A DNA stretch of 64,000 nucleotides from Phaeosaccion multiseriatum. Its lineage: Eukaryota; Protista; Ochrophyta, other classes. Location of the stretch: NCBI GenBank assembly GCA_965112735.1, contig OZ218964.1:372001-436000 (forward strand), given 5' to 3'. A program made the translations under genes and the position numbers. The notes below the pieces were generated by a model. The model did not search any database, had not been told where the DNA came from, and saw only the letters and a list, made by a program, of their open reading frames with translations. Position 1 is the stretch's first letter; each line of letters opens with the position of its first letter. This document shows positions 46,291 to 62,173 of the stretch, piece by piece.

Positions 46291-47986
46291 GTGGGGATAG
46301 TAAACTAAAACTCCTGAGGGACGAAGAGCTGAAACTTGACACTCACTGGACGTGCGGTGCTGATGCTTCTCAGTCTTCTAACCTTAATGGACAGCTTTCG
46401 GGCAGCCGTGTATCCTCCTTGGGGGGCACGCCGCTTGCCTGGGGAAATTCCCTGAACACTGGGGCTGAGAGAGCCAACCTTCGACGGTTGATGACAGACT
46501 TTGCGGCCGCCGAGGCGAAGATGGTCGTGCTTTTCGCGGAGCTGGCCGGAGTCCTGGTCAGCGAGTTTGTTTGAAGAGTTGTAGCAAAGTAATGCTGTCG
46601 GCGTTTCCACAGTGAAGGAGTCAAATCTTTCCATGGACGCTAACTCGACAGGGATCACCTACGGGTTAGAAGACTCACTTCCTTTTACTTTGGTCGAGAT
46701 TGGTTTGGGCGCGACGGGGAAAGAGCATCGCTGCGGCGGTTCATCCTTTCTCTGTTGTTGCTTGCTCCACCCACAGCTGCTTGCGTACACTTGTCATTGT
46801 GCTTTTCAGCGCGGGCATGTGCGGCAGCGCTGTGTGAGAGCTTTGTTCTTTGAATTTGAGTGAGTTTTGTTGGACGAGGAGCTTTCTTGCAGGGCTTCAC
46901 ATTTTATGATGGACGTGTCGTCTGGGCTGGGCTGCCGAAGGTGGACGTAGGGGGACTCTAGTCTCGGACTGTTAGCTGTCCCGATTATCTTGTCTCTTCT
47001 CGATGATCTTTCTCTCCCCCTTTTCCCCTTGGATGACTCGTCTCTCTCCTCGTCATCCGAGCATGTGCAGGCTCGACTTAAGGAGGTACGACTGCGGACT
47101 GCCCTGGAGGGAGAAGATGAGAGACGAGTGAGGATCTCTCATGTTGGCTGTCAAGTGAGGCGCAGCGGGCGGAGGGGCAGCAGCAGTAGCAGCAGCACCA
47201 CAATAGACTTCATGGTGTCGTTTTGGGCAGCCAAGGAATGGCAGCCACGGCAGCAGCGAGCAAGAGAACAGAGGGCTAGTATTCACCTGCCGCGGCGTCG
47301 GCAGACAGCGCCCGCCTTGATGTAGCCGAGAGGAGCATTGGAATCTCCAGGTGGATGCGTCACGGACAGGCAGAGCATCGACCGACGGACCTCATAGGTA
47401 GCGAGTGAGTGAGTTTGTGAGCATTAGCGATGAGCCTAGGGGTGAATATTCCGGTGTGGGGATGACAACAGGCCGTGGGCTTTAAGGTCATGGGATGGAT
47501 TAGTCGTTGCCGCTTCCAATGAACGACGAGAGGTGTAACGAACAATACCGACCCCCGTATGTATTTGTGTGAGTTTGCAGGAATGAATGAGTGTTTTAAC
47601 CACTACCGTACTCTTTACCCCTTGCGGACAATGTGTCCTGAATGAGTGATTCATCTGTGGGCATCCAGCTCTTCCTCCTGCTGCTGACCTCCCTCACCCC
47701 GGCCAGCAGCGCCCTTGGCTGGGACGCGGGGGCGGGTTCGGATGTTGGGTGGCGCTGGTCCATTCGAGTCAGCTTCGGAGCCGGCTCTCCAGTCCAGTCG
47801 TAGCGCCCGCCCCAAGACTCCGGAAGCAGTGGTTGTAAATAGTAGCAGCAGCAGCAGCAGCATGAGGGGCGGGGGCAGCACGCGCAGGAGCCTCGGAAGC
47901 GGAGATTAGTGAGGAAGCAAGTGAGTGGGGGGGGGGGGGGTGGCTGGTAGCAGCTTCTCTAACTGTTGCTTGAAGGAGTAAGGACA

Positions 47987-48274
47987 TCGGCTCCAGGCGA
48001 GGTTTCTCGGGCTTTAGGCTTCTGGGCCGTAGCCCCCTCCAGGCTTCGAGCTTCTGGCCGCAGGCCAGCGCAGGCTTCTGGCCGCAGGCCAGTGGTCAGG
48101 CTTCAGGCTTCGCAGGCTGGGAGAAAAATGGGGGACTTGGCAGGCTTTTCGCTACTTTCTGCAGGCTTCTGGCCGCAGGCCAGCCGCAGGCTTCTTACTT
48201 TCGGCCGCAGGCCGCCGCAGGCCGCCGCAGGCTTCTGCTTTATCGGGGGCCCGAGAAACCTCGCCTGGAGCCGA
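47987..48274. mobile_element. MITE family B, complete copy, 288 bp
   Basis: Perfect 26-bp TIR tcggctccaggcgaggtttctcgggc; flanking direct repeat AGGACA (47981-47986 and 48275-48280); internal ggcttctggccgcagg repeats. Confidence 0.88.
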
Positions 48275-48387
48275 AGGACATGTGCCAACTCACTGGATAC
48301 CAAATCTGGATCACCAACATGTGTTTTTTCCCTCTTGCTGTGGGTGGGGCTGTAATAAAATAGTTAAATGCTATCAAACACGAGGCG

Positions 48388-49389
48388 ATGACCGCAGCGG
48401 TATCCTCTGGCCACTTTCCCAGAGAGGTAGAGTACACGTTCTCCTCGTCCGAGGCGTCATCGCCAGCGCGCTCGGGAGGGGCGCAGATACAGCGGCATCA
48501 TGTCACAATTCCACTCTTGCCCACGAGAAGGAGAGCAACGGCCCGGAGAAGGCGTCAGGAGGGGACAGACTCACACGTCGCCTCAACGCAACCACCACCG
48601 CCAGCACCACAAAGGTGTGCTGGCTATTCGGTGCCTGTGGAGATATCCATCTTGGTCCTGGAGGACTGTGAAGTGAGCGATTTCGCGCTCTTCACTTGGC
48701 CATCCAGCGTGAGCTTGGCCTCCTTCCTATACAGCCGCCCCGGGCTGTGCAGAGGAAAGACGGTGCTGGAGTTGGGGGCGGGCACGTGTCTTTCGGGCCT
48801 GATGGCAGCCCGCCTCGGGGCTTCGGCAGTGACGCTGACAGATCGGCCGACTCCAGAGGTGCTACGGAACATGGAGGCCATCGCCAGCAGGAACAGAGGG
48901 GCAGCACCATTCATGGCATCGTCCGAGAGAAACGAGACCGTGGCAGATGGCTTGCGGGCGGCCACCAGTGCCTGCGAGGTGCGTGTGGTGGGGCTGGAGT
49001 GGGGCGTGTTGAGTAGCGCCAATGTCGCGCTCCTGCAGCAGGACTTCGACCTTGTTCTGGGGGCGGACGTGTTCTACAGCAGCGAACATTTTGACGCCGT
49101 GCTGGCCACCGTCGTCGCCGCCTTGCGTCGATGGAAAGGGGCGGGGACCTGTGCTACAGGACTAGACGGAGGGGGGGGGGCGGGAGCGGGGCAGCCACGC
49201 TTCATTACGGCTTACCATGAGCGGTCCGTGAGGAGGAGCATCCGTCCGCTGCTGCACAAGTGGGGTCTCAAGGCCCGGGTGCTTCAGGAGGCAGAACATG
49301 GGGAGACCCTCTCCAGCATCTCCATCGTGGAGATGACCTTAGTACCCGACCCTCATGCACCTCGTGACGACGATGGAGGTTCTCAGTAG
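48388..49389 (+). CDS. METTL23: METTL23-like SAM-dependent protein methyltransferase (Methyltransf_16 family)
   Basis: TWPSSVSLA, VLELGAGTCLSGL, VTLTD, LEWG, DLVLGADVFY, AYHERS...LLHKW. Confidence 0.85.
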   Translation: MTAAVSSGHFPREVEYTFSSSEASSPARSGGAQIQRHHVTIPLLPTRRRATARRRRQEGTDSHVASTQPPPPAPQRCAGYSVPVEISILVLEDCEVSDFALFTWPSSVSLASFLYSRPGLCRGKTVLELGAGTCLSGLMAARLGASAVTLTDRPTPEVLRNMEAIASRNRGAAPFMASSERNETVADGLRAATSACEVRVVGLEWGVLSSANVALLQQDFDLVLGADVFYSSEHFDAVLATVVAALRRWKGAGTCATGLDGGGGAGAGQPRFITAYHERSVRRSIRPLLHKWGLKARVLQEAEHGETLSSISIVEMTLVPDPHAPRDDDGGSQ

Positions 49390-49590
49390 CTGTGGGCTTT
49401 TGCTTCCTTGACCGCTGCTTCAGACTTAGACCATGGGTGGGCCATGTAAATAGTTGTGTATGTACGTGTGTATGTGTAAGCGAAGTCACTGCGTCCCATT
49501 GAGCAGTCGGGCGGTCCTCACGGAGGCATTTACAGTATATAAATCTATTTCTTGTCCATATGGGTCTCAAACCTATGGTACGTCTTTTGT

Positions 49591-50059
49591 CTACTTATTT
49601 GACACTCGCTCGATACTGACGTCGAAAAGTATAGTGGCGTCGCGTTGGGGATTGAGGACGACGCTCTTGAGGGCGTTCTGGTCGATGACGTTGAGCGGCT
49701 GAGGTTCCAACCTGACCTCCTTGGTGTATCCCAGCGCAGCCGGAACGATGATTCGCCTCACCCCCCCACGTTTCATCCCTACCATGCCCTGGTGACAGGG
49801 TAGGACAGGGCAGACGATCGAGGTAGGGAGGGGGGATGCAAAGGGAATGGGAAGCGTACGTCCGTCAAGAGGCACGAGCAGCGGGAGAGATGCAGAGGGC
49901 GCGGTCTCTGCTGCGATGTGACATCCTTTCACTCTCCTCCCTTGAGGGCGCGTTCTTGTCCACCCCTCCCCCGCCCCCCGCTTGCTTCTCCTCCCCTTCT
50001 CACCTGCTCCAACCCAGGGACCATCTGCCCTGCCCCGAACTTTATTATAAGCTGAGAGA

Positions 50060-50156
<97 letters not shown>

Positions 50157-50873
50157 AAGAGAGAAAGAGAGAAAGAGAGAGAGGAGTAGTACGTAGATCA
50201 TTGAGAGCACGAAAAGAAGGCAGGTCGAGGCAGTCCTGGTCTGCCAAGATCTAGCAGCAGCCACAAGAGAACTTACAGGCTCGGGCCCGATGAGAGCGTC
50301 TTTGACATTGTCTTTGGTCGAGAAGAACTTGACTCCGTTCAGATTCAGCATGCGACCTGAATCAAGAGAGACGGAGAGGGAGGGAGACAGGAAGACAGAG
50401 GGGGAGAGTAATGTATAAAGGCATAAGAATCGAGAAAAAGGGCAAGGAATCTACACGTCGTCCACCACACCTGTAGCCTGGAACCATACAGTGCTGGTTG
50501 GCTTAATCTCTGCTCCTGTCCCCTCCTTAAAGTCCTTGATTTTGACCCCGTTTGCCAGCGTTGTGAACTGTTGATCTGTCTTAGGTGCTGAGATGGGCGA
50601 CTTGCGCCCACCGAGGGGTGACTCATTGCTGACTGCCTCAAACGCCGCCCGCCCGGAATCCACCTCCTTCGCCAGGACCGGAGATGCAAGCAAGCTGAGG
50701 GTAGCAGCAGCGGGAATGCTTGAGAGTAGTGCGCGGCGGCTAACTCCTTCAGCCCTGGCTGCTGATGGCTCAGCTCCTACGCCTTCGAGTCCTCGGGCCT
50801 TCATGGTCAACATAAAGCCATGTACCGTATTTTGAGCGACGAGCAAGGCGATGCAACTCTGCAACAGCCTCAT
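49591..50873 (-). CDS. FKBP-type peptidyl-prolyl isomerase, thylakoid lumen (FKBP19-like), 4 exons
   Basis: Signal peptide plus transit peptide plus twin-arginine SRRALL...VLA; GVKIKDFKEGTG, GQMVPGLEQ|GMVGMKRGGVRRIIVPAALGY, TILFDV. Confidence 0.9.
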
Positions 50874-50977
50874 GGTGAGAGATATGAGGCTTGTGCAAAG
50901 ATGAGAGTCTCCAAAGCGTACAGAGGGGCCTGCAAATAATACAGTTAAGGGTTTAGTTTGAGTTTCCGTTTGGATTC

Positions 50978-51135
50978 AACCTGCTACCGGTCGACCGGCC
51001 GGCCAACCATCAGCTGCTATCGCCGTCTGCTGGCGGGCTACCTGCTACTGGGGGCCGACGGCCGCCTGCTACCGGCCGGCCGCCAGTAGCGTACTACCGG
51101 GTCCGGAAAGCCCGGCAGCATGCTACCGAGAATCG
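50978..51135. repeat. GC-rich palindromic repeat cluster with CTGCTACC motifs (possible MITE remnant)
   Basis: Repeated ctgctac(c) and ccggccgg palindromes; no clear TIR or TSD. Confidence 0.45.
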
Positions 51136-51140
51136 CTCAG

Positions 51141-51282
51141 TGACCCCTGATGCTCGATGATGCACTATCCGCTATCCGCTATCGCCGGCGCCAGCCGGCA
51201 CGCTATTCGCTGTCGGCCGGCGGCCGAGAGCGCTATCAAGAATGTGGGCGATAGTGCGTCAGGGGTCGACGTCAGGGGTCGA
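51141..51282 (-). mobile_element. MITE family A copy, inverted and degenerate, with a duplicated terminus
   Basis: Reverse complement of the 57932 element; ends gtcaggggtcgac twice. Confidence 0.8.
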
Positions 51283-51344
51283 CAGTCCTGACAGTCCTCC
51301 AGACCGGAGCGGCGATGGTTCTAGGTCGCTCATTCCCAGCGGTA

Positions 51345-51435
51345 GACCCCTTGTAGGCCCCTTGTAGGCCCTTTGTAGGCACCTTGTAGGCCGCCGCTAG
51401 GCCGCCTCCTAGGCCTCCTCCTAGGCCGCCTCCAT
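51345..51435. repeat. 12-bp tandem repeats (ccttgtaggccc / ctaggccgcctc)
   Basis: Directly visible. Confidence 0.8.
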
Positions 51436-51927
51436 GCGGAGATATATAATACTCAGCTATCATTCTCTATTATTCTTACGGGTGAGAGGTAAGCAAGTAC
51501 TCCCTCATTGGCACCTTGGATTCCATTCAACTCAAAGCCTCAGTCCTCGTCGAACCCGGTAAAAAAAACGACCACGAACGTGTCAAACCCATGCCTGCTT
51601 CCTTGCCGCACATGTTTCGCTGTGGGGATGGTGCGCGCTGCCTTGCGCAACACACCTCATCACCTCCTTTGCCTCGTCATTGAGCTGGAACCAACTGGAC
51701 ATCTTCTCTGGGCACGTCTCGCGTCCGCCCTAACGAGCCGGCTTGATAGCCCTATTGTGGTGCTCTAGTGCTGTAGGTGTGTAGTCTCGCTGGCACTGCT
51801 GCACTGCTGCAGCGTGCTCCAAGCGTCGAGGCATCCTGTCGGAGAGATTGGTGGCGGTACAAAACCCTCAATAGGCCCGCCTCTTTTCTTGCCCGCCCTC
51901 GTCCTCTATTCTTGCCCTCCTCGTCCT

Positions 51928-52698
51928 CTACTTCTTGCCTCCCCCAAATAGCCCCTTGAGCTTTGTGAGGGCAGCTTCATCGTTGGACACGCGAGCCTCT
52001 ACCTCCTGCACCTCTATGTAGCTCTTAAAGAAGCCGGCCTGGGTTCCAACTGCCTTCTCGAACAGCTGCGACTCCGCCATTCGCTTGCAAGTGGCCGCGC
52101 TTTGGCCGTCCACCTTCGCGGCGATGGCATTCCAGTACTTGTCACCACTGCCAGAGGTTACCTGGTGAGCACGCGTACGGATGAAGGGGATGAAGGGGAT
52201 GAAGAGTAAGAAAGACGGCAATACTCTGTCTCGTAGAAACGATGGGCGAGGAACAGATGTGACTGAACGATGCAACAATATTCTACTCACCTCTTTCCTT
52301 GCCAGCTCGAACTGCTCCATTTGGCTGGGAGTGAATACTCCCTTCAGCTGTCGCCCGCTATTCCTCTTGGCCTGCTCCACTTTGGCCTGCTCCTTCCTCT
52401 GCTTGGCGGGCCCACCCCAAGACTCTTGCTGCTTCATCACAGTCTTCACCGTCCCCTTCTTCGCTGCGCCGGCGGTGGGGCGTCCACCTTTCGACCCCAC
52501 GCTGTCTGCATCGGCCTTCTTCGTCTTGGCTCCCCAGCCTCCGAACATCATCGACGGAGCAGCTCTCACTCTACCCCGGCAGCTCCTGTTGCTGCCGCTG
52601 CTCCTGCCCATTGACTGCTGCAGGGGAACTGCTGGTTGAAAGGCCTCACTTTGAGCTGCCACAGTCACCATGACGGCACCTACCAAAGAAAGCTTCAT
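51928..52698 (-). CDS. Unknown plastid-targeted protein with a SANT/Myb-like domain; intron 52290-52162
   Basis: MKLSLVGAVMVTVAAQSEA-FQP presequence; FTPSQMEQFELARKE|V...KYWNAIAAKVDGQSAATCKR. Confidence 0.7.
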   Translation of the reverse strand: MKLSLVGAVMVTVAAQSEAFQPAVPLQQSMGRSSGSNRSCRGRVRAAPSMMFGGWGAKTKKADADSVGSKGGRPTAGAAKKGTVKTVMKQQESWGGPAKQRKEQAKVEQAKRNSGRQLKGVFTPSQMEQFELARKEVSRILLHRSVTSVPRPSFLRDRVLPSFLLFIPFIPFIRTRAHQVTSGSGDKYWNAIAAKVDGQSAATCKRMAESQLFEKAVGTQAGFFKSYIEVQEVEARVSNDEAALTKLKGLFGGGKK

Positions 52699-53146
52699 CT
52701 TTATAAGAGTGGAGTTGTTGACTGCCTTTTTGCGCTATCACTCTCTGAGGGTGTGTTTCTTTTCTCTGACTTTGAAACGCTGACTCATCAAAATCACAAA
52801 ATCAAAATCCCGCCGAAATTCACAGATAGCGGCTGAGTACCCAACACGCGCATTTGACTTCGTTCTTCGTGTGTTTTGATCGTGTATTGAAGTTTCCTTT
52901 CCTCACGAAAGGACTATAACGCTGAGAAGCCGACCTAAGCTGCATCTAGCTTCAGTGTCTGCCTGCCTGCCTGTCTCGCGCTCTCCAGCCGCGGATCACT
53001 CCGCAAAAGGGGCCGCCTTCGATCCGAGAGGAGGAGCTGTACCTCAGCTCCCCCGTGACAAACAACGGTTCCTGACCAGGGCGGTATAGTAGTTTTGTCC
53101 ATCAAGACTACTACAACCCACGGAGGCGAGGCACACCTGTCCCTGC

Positions 53147-56881
<3,735 letters not shown>

Positions 56882-57931
56882 ACTGTCCAGTGCCTGACCT
56901 CCACCTCGGGGTCAAAGGCCCCGTCCGTCCCACTTCTACTTTGCTCCTTCCCGCTCTATCGTACCAGGACCAGCGAACACACTATCACCTTGTGGGTATG
57001 GAGGGGGGGGGGGGTTAGGGCAGGGAAAAGAACGTCAAAGGGTGGGAAGAGATAGGGGAGGAGACGCAGCAGTAGCGGAAGGAAGCGCAAGACATACGTG
57101 AGCAGTGCAGGGCCCTTCTCCAAATGCCATGAGAAGAGGGGTGGGGGGAAGTTCGGTGGAGAATCGATCAACGTCAGCGGAGCAGCCGAGAAGCATGAGC
57201 GCAAAGCAACCAAGACCTTCGTCCTCGCACCCGGTTTGTGGTTGCCTGATTACGCTCCCGTCCTCCATACTCCCTCCCATCCATCTCCCTCCCCCCTCTC
57301 AGGGTTTTCACACCAACGGGCACACTGCCTTTGACCATAATTCCATTTTTGAAGGCCACCCAGCGGAACAAAGCCACGCTCCGAGCAAAAGAGCTCTACT
57401 ACATCCATTCCTGCGCTTTTCTCCTCGTTCTAGCCCTCTCTCTTACCTATCTCCGGCTGATGAGCCGAGGCTTTCAAAAACGGCGGTTTAGACACCTAGT
57501 CCATCTCTGCCTCTTCCTTTCCCGACAAAACTGAGCCAGGCTTCCCTCCCTGGCCTTTCCTGCACGCCAGCAGCGTTGTCTACCTTCTCGTGCGCCTGCA
57601 CTTGCTGCTTGTCTCGCCTTCTTCTCGTCTCTGTGATTGAGATCTGGGGAGGAAATCATAGGAGTCCACCCCGGGGATCATTTTGTGGCAGTTGAGATTT
57701 TCAGGAAAGGAAGGGATGGCATCATATTTCGCCCAAAAAGTCCTGACACTAGGGGCTCCTCTTCTTCCCATCACTGGGTGCAAGAACGTTCTCTAAGTGC
57801 TCACCTTCCCTGTCAAGCACTGCTCCATTTGCAACTCCCAAATCGACGCTGGCCAGCCTCATTACGGAAGGAGCGAAGACTGGGCCTAAAAAATAGAAGT
57901 GCGGCCGTTGGGTTTTGGGGTTGGGGCGTTT

Positions 57932-58092
57932 TCGACCCCTGACACACTATCGCCCACATTCTCGATAGCGGATAGCGTGCCGGCTGGCGCCGGCCGATAG
58001 CGGATAGCGTGCCGGCTGGCGCCGGCCGATAGCGGATAGCGCGCCGGCTGGCGCCGGCGATAGCGGATAGCGGATAGTGTGTCAGGGGTCGA
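57932..58092 (+). mobile_element. MITE family A, complete copy, 161 bp
   Basis: Perfect 20-bp TIR tcgacccctgacacactatc; flanking direct repeat GCGTTT (57926-57931 and 58093-58098); three internal units of about 32 bp, gatagcggatagcg(t/c)gccggctggcgccggc. Confidence 0.88.
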
Positions 58093-58149
58093 GCGTTTCG
58101 GTCCACCACGTCCTGACACCTGCTACTCCACTTTTTTCCTTCCTCTTTC

Positions 58150-58280
58150 TCGACCCCTGATACACTACAGTTGTATCGCCCACATTCTCGATAGCGCGCT
58201 ATCGGGCCCCGGGGGGGCGGATAGCGTGCTGATAGCGGATAGCGCGCCGGCTGGCGCCGGCGACAGCAGCGGATAGCACG
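58150..58280 (+). mobile_element. MITE family A, partial copy (same hairpin variant as 46207)
   Basis: tcgacccctgatacacta...tcgcccacattctcgatagcgcgctatcgg. Confidence 0.75.
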
Positions 58281-58524
58281 CCCCAACAACTCCCCCCCCC
58301 CCCCCCTGATAGCTTCTGGGCCAAGGGCAGTGACGACCCTTCCCGGAAGAGCTCCTATGAGGCCTACCGCTCACTCCAAGATAGATGAGATATTATTTTG
58401 CTAGACGTTGCTAATGTCTAATACTACTCCCTCGACGATGTCCTTTCTTTTCTCATAGCTCTGAGGGGTCGATTCGTCAGGAAGGTCGAGCGCCGATTCA
58501 CCAACCCTTAAAGGAGAAGTGCAG

Positions 58525-59050
58525 AGCATCTCAAGCCCGCCCTGCCACCCCACCCGCGACTGCAGTGGAGGCGGAGCGCTCGGCTGCCTGCAGAAGGTCA
58601 CAGAGGAAAGTAGATCCATGACGAGCCTCCAAGAGCTCCATCGTGTTGTTGCTCCGTTCCAGTGCCTGCGTGAGGTGGAGGGACTCCCGAAAGTGCGAAA
58701 GCATGAACTCCGTAAATTGCCGAGAGGTCTCCTCCTTCTCTCATACCCGATCCCGCAGAGCTGCTGAGTGAAAGTCTTGGAAGGGAATCAGCGGGGAAGC
58801 GTAAGAGGAAGGAGTGGATCATGCTGCCCAACCTGATGCACATGTTGTGGCCCTCCCCGTTGAACTTCTTCAACTCCAGAGCTAACCAAGCCTTCGCGTC
58901 GACACCAACCAGAAGGTGCTGGAAGAGCACCTGGATGCTGTATGGAGTGGGGAGGCCCATTTGGTCTAGCTGTATCACGGCACTGAGTAACATGTCCCCT
59001 AGCCTATCAGCTTGGTCGGGACACCCACCAAGATGTCCCCCGAAGATGTA
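58525..59050 (-). pseudogene. Possible decayed gene fragment of unknown family
   Basis: Protein-like stretches in two frames separated by a frameshift and an in-frame TGA. Confidence 0.3.
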
Positions 59051-59205
59051 ACACCTCCCCCGGGAGGTGTAGGCAACATCCCCCTCCCCCGCCCCTCTGA
59101 GAACGGCGGGACCAGCGGTTGCAAGCCGCTGTGCTCGGCCCTGTCTGGGTCGAGCGAAGAACTCAACTCCCCCCGAAACCGCGGAGCGGTTACGAGCCGT
59201 GACGG

Positions 59206-61438
59206 TTACGAGCCGTGTCGCTCCTCCAGCGCCTTCAGCAAGGCATTGGACGACGGAAGCCTGCGTGTGGGTGCGTGAGCGCATGCAAACAGGGAAAGAG
59301 TGAGGGTGTACACACACACGGAAAAGGACGTACGTACGCTCATAATATGCGAAGAGGGTAGGCACATACCCACACTACACGCGCACACGTAGCTTTGCTC
59401 TTGAGCATCGGAATGAATCGAGCCCCGTCCTGCCAACCCTCTTCCCTTGCCCGCGCCATTCCGCGCGACTTGAGGTGTGTGTTGAAACGTGCCTGAGCGG
59501 CGCATGCCGGATCATTTACCAGCACGGCTCCCTGCCTGCCTGCCTGCGTGGCCCTCTCCCTCTCTCCCCTCTTCTCCCCCTCTCCTCCACCCTCACCTGA
59601 GCGACATGGTCCTGTCGCGGTACGCGAAAGCATCCTTCTCCAAGTTCTGGATGACATCAGAGAGCAAGTGGAAGCGCTCGGCTTCCGCGCCGATGTAGTT
59701 GGAGACCTGTGGAGAGCAACGAGCAGGGCACAGACTCAGCGAGTAGGCGTACAGAGCACACATGTGAAGGGGGTCGAAGTTGACACTCAGTCCCTCGCTT
59801 GTTGCTTGCTTGTTGCCCTGTGTGTTTCCTTTTCCTTTTCGGAGTGTCCTTGGAGGAAGGGGGTGGGGTGGCGCTGTTTTGAAAGGGAGGCGAGGCGATA
59901 CACTAGCTGTTACTTGCCGCAGCAGTGGCACCAACAGCACCAGCGGAAAAGAAAGAAAGGAGAAGAAAAAAGAAAATGCAGCAAGCCCACGTACTCTTAC
60001 TGACCCTCATAAAGTGGACGTGCAGCCAAAAGAACTGCGGGTGGTAGTGGAAGCCGATGCGGAGGTGCCTCTTCTTGACGCCGTACACGCGCTCGATCAT
60101 CTCCACGCCTTGGGAGAGCATTTCCCGCAGCATGGGCAGGTGCTCGCCCCTCAAGTCCCTAAGAGAGGGAATGGGCCTGCGGGAGATGCCCAAGCAGTAC
60201 AGGTCCTGCGTCGCGGCGTGGCCCTTCCACTCCTCGCGAGGCACAGTCTTGGGGTCGGGGTGCGTGCGCCACTTGGTGTCGATGTTGATGATGAAGCCGT
60301 GGTCGGGGTCGGGGTCATCCACCAGCAGGCGCTCCACTTCGCTCTCCTTGGAGACGATGTTCGCCACCCACTTGAGGCTGGAGAGACAGACAGAGAGAGA
60401 AAAGAGAGGGAGAAGAAGCGAGAGCGCGAAAGAACAGAGGGAGAGAGGGAGAAAAGAGAAGAGAGAGAAGGAGGCAGCGAGGGAGCGAGGGGGGGGGAAG
60501 GGGGGAGGGAGGGAGGGAGGGAGGGAGGCAGCGACGGAGGCGGTGAGGGTGAGAGAGGGGAATATAGAAGGGACAGGGCAAAGAAAAGAGAACGGAGGGG
60601 GGGTTGAGGCGCGGGCAGATGAAACTGTGGAGGAAGACAAGAGAAATAGCCCAACGCCCCTTTTCGACTGCGTCTACAGCCTGACTGCTTGCCACCGCCG
60701 CACCTGTCTCCTTGCACCACGCTGTTGACGTAGGGCAGCGTGACGGCTTCGTAGTCCTCCTTGCTCTCCTGCACCATGACCAGCTCCACGCTCCGGTGCT
60801 TGGCCACCTGCCTATCGGAGGCAGGCGCAATGACGTCGCAGGAATACTCCCCAGCGGCGACGCCTTTGCACACAGCGTCGTAGTAGGCGTACTCTGCTCC
60901 GCTGTCAGACTTGTGCTTCAGGGAGATGGAGCTCAACGTCTGGGTGGGGCACAGGGACAAGAGACGGGCAGGGCAGAAAGGGGAACATAAATGAATCATT
61001 CTTTCACGGCATCATTGAATGCAGAAAATAAGCCCGCCCTCGCCTCCCTAGCTCCCACTTGCTCTTCCTACCGATTAAGCTTGCGCCCCTTTATTTCATG
61101 CTCCCTATTCCCGTACTCACCTCAATCAGCTTCGCCGCGGGCACAGGAGAGGCCTTGAACACGACGATGGCCTTCTCCTCCTCGGGCTGGAAAGAGAAGC
61201 GGCCCAGCAGCACGATGTAGGACGGGTCGCTGTCCTGGAGTACCTCCTGCAGAACGAATCCCCGTAGGTGGCCGAGGTTCCTGGCGTTTGTGGCCTCGTC
61301 ATGCCGCCAAGCGGGGGGGAGGACTCGACCGGCTGTGGCCTGCACAGCCGATTGCAGCTGCTTCACGCCCCAGCTGGACAGCGCCTGGAGGTTCTCCATG
61401 GCCTCATCTCTCTTTCTCTTGCGCAGGGGGGAGGGCAT
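59206..61438 (-). CDS. DCPS: Scavenger mRNA decapping enzyme (m7GpppX diphosphatase), 5 exons
   Basis: LKWVANI...KESE.ER, GFIINIDTKW, LYCLGI...IPSLRDLRGEHLPML, HYHPQFFWLHVHF, HLLSDVIQNLE; the last exon ends ...EERHGS*. Confidence 0.93.
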
Positions 61439-61534
61439 TTAGCATTTAGGACTGTGGGGTGAATGAAGCAAGGGGTATTATTGACTTATTGGGGCTTCCC
61501 TCCCCCTCCTTTCTTCAACGGTCGCCCTCTCCCC

Positions 61535-61641
61535 TGGCTTCGGGCTTCTGACCGCAGGCCAGCGCTGGCTTCTCGCTTTCGGCCGCAGGCCGCCTCTCGC
61601 TTCTGCTTATCGGGGGGCAGAGAAAGCTCGCCTGGAGCCGA
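61535..61641. mobile_element. MITE family B, partial copy (right end)
   Basis: ccgcaggcc repeats, cttctgcttatcggggg and agaaagctcgcctggagccga match 48230-48274. Confidence 0.75.
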
Positions 61642-61656
61642 GATTAAAGTGGTCTC

Positions 61657-62142
61657 TTATACTTTCGTACTCAAGCTGCTAAGATCGGTTCCATCCACGA
61701 CTTTGACAACGTCTTCCTCGGCGAGCAGCGACTGGAGATACACAAGCCCAGCCTCCACCACCTCCAGCTCAGAGCCCTCCAGGGTGATCACCGTCTTGAA
61801 CAGAGGGTTCTCAAAGAAGGGGTAGCTGAGGGCAGGAGAGAGTGCGGGAGGGGAGGAGGGTGGAAGGGGGGGGGGGGGAAGAAGAAGCGGGCTTGTGAAA
61901 GGGGACCTCGCGATTCTCGTTGAGATACAGATACAGTACAGCGCTTATCAGTCATTAGATACAGTACACCAAAAAAAACTAATGGCCCCGTGGGAGCCTC
62001 ACCTCCCGAAGGTCACGCCCTCGTGTTCTCGCACGGCGTCGTTGAGCCTGTCCGCGATCGAGAACTCATCCGCAGAGAGCACGAGCATTTTATTGGCGAT
62101 GTTGTTGGGCCTGACGAAGTCCTCCTGTCAGCGTCCCGCACG

Positions 62143-62173
<31 letters not shown>

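Noticed and set aside
46207-51282. Composite transposon carrying METTL23 and FKBP between inverted family A ends
   Set aside because: The flanks do not match (aaatct vs cagtcc/cgtcag) and both are the same type of end, so independent insertions are simpler.
60010-60050. DcpS inactive because the HIT triad reads WLHVH
   Set aside because: The nucleophilic middle His, the last His and the upstream HY His are all retained.
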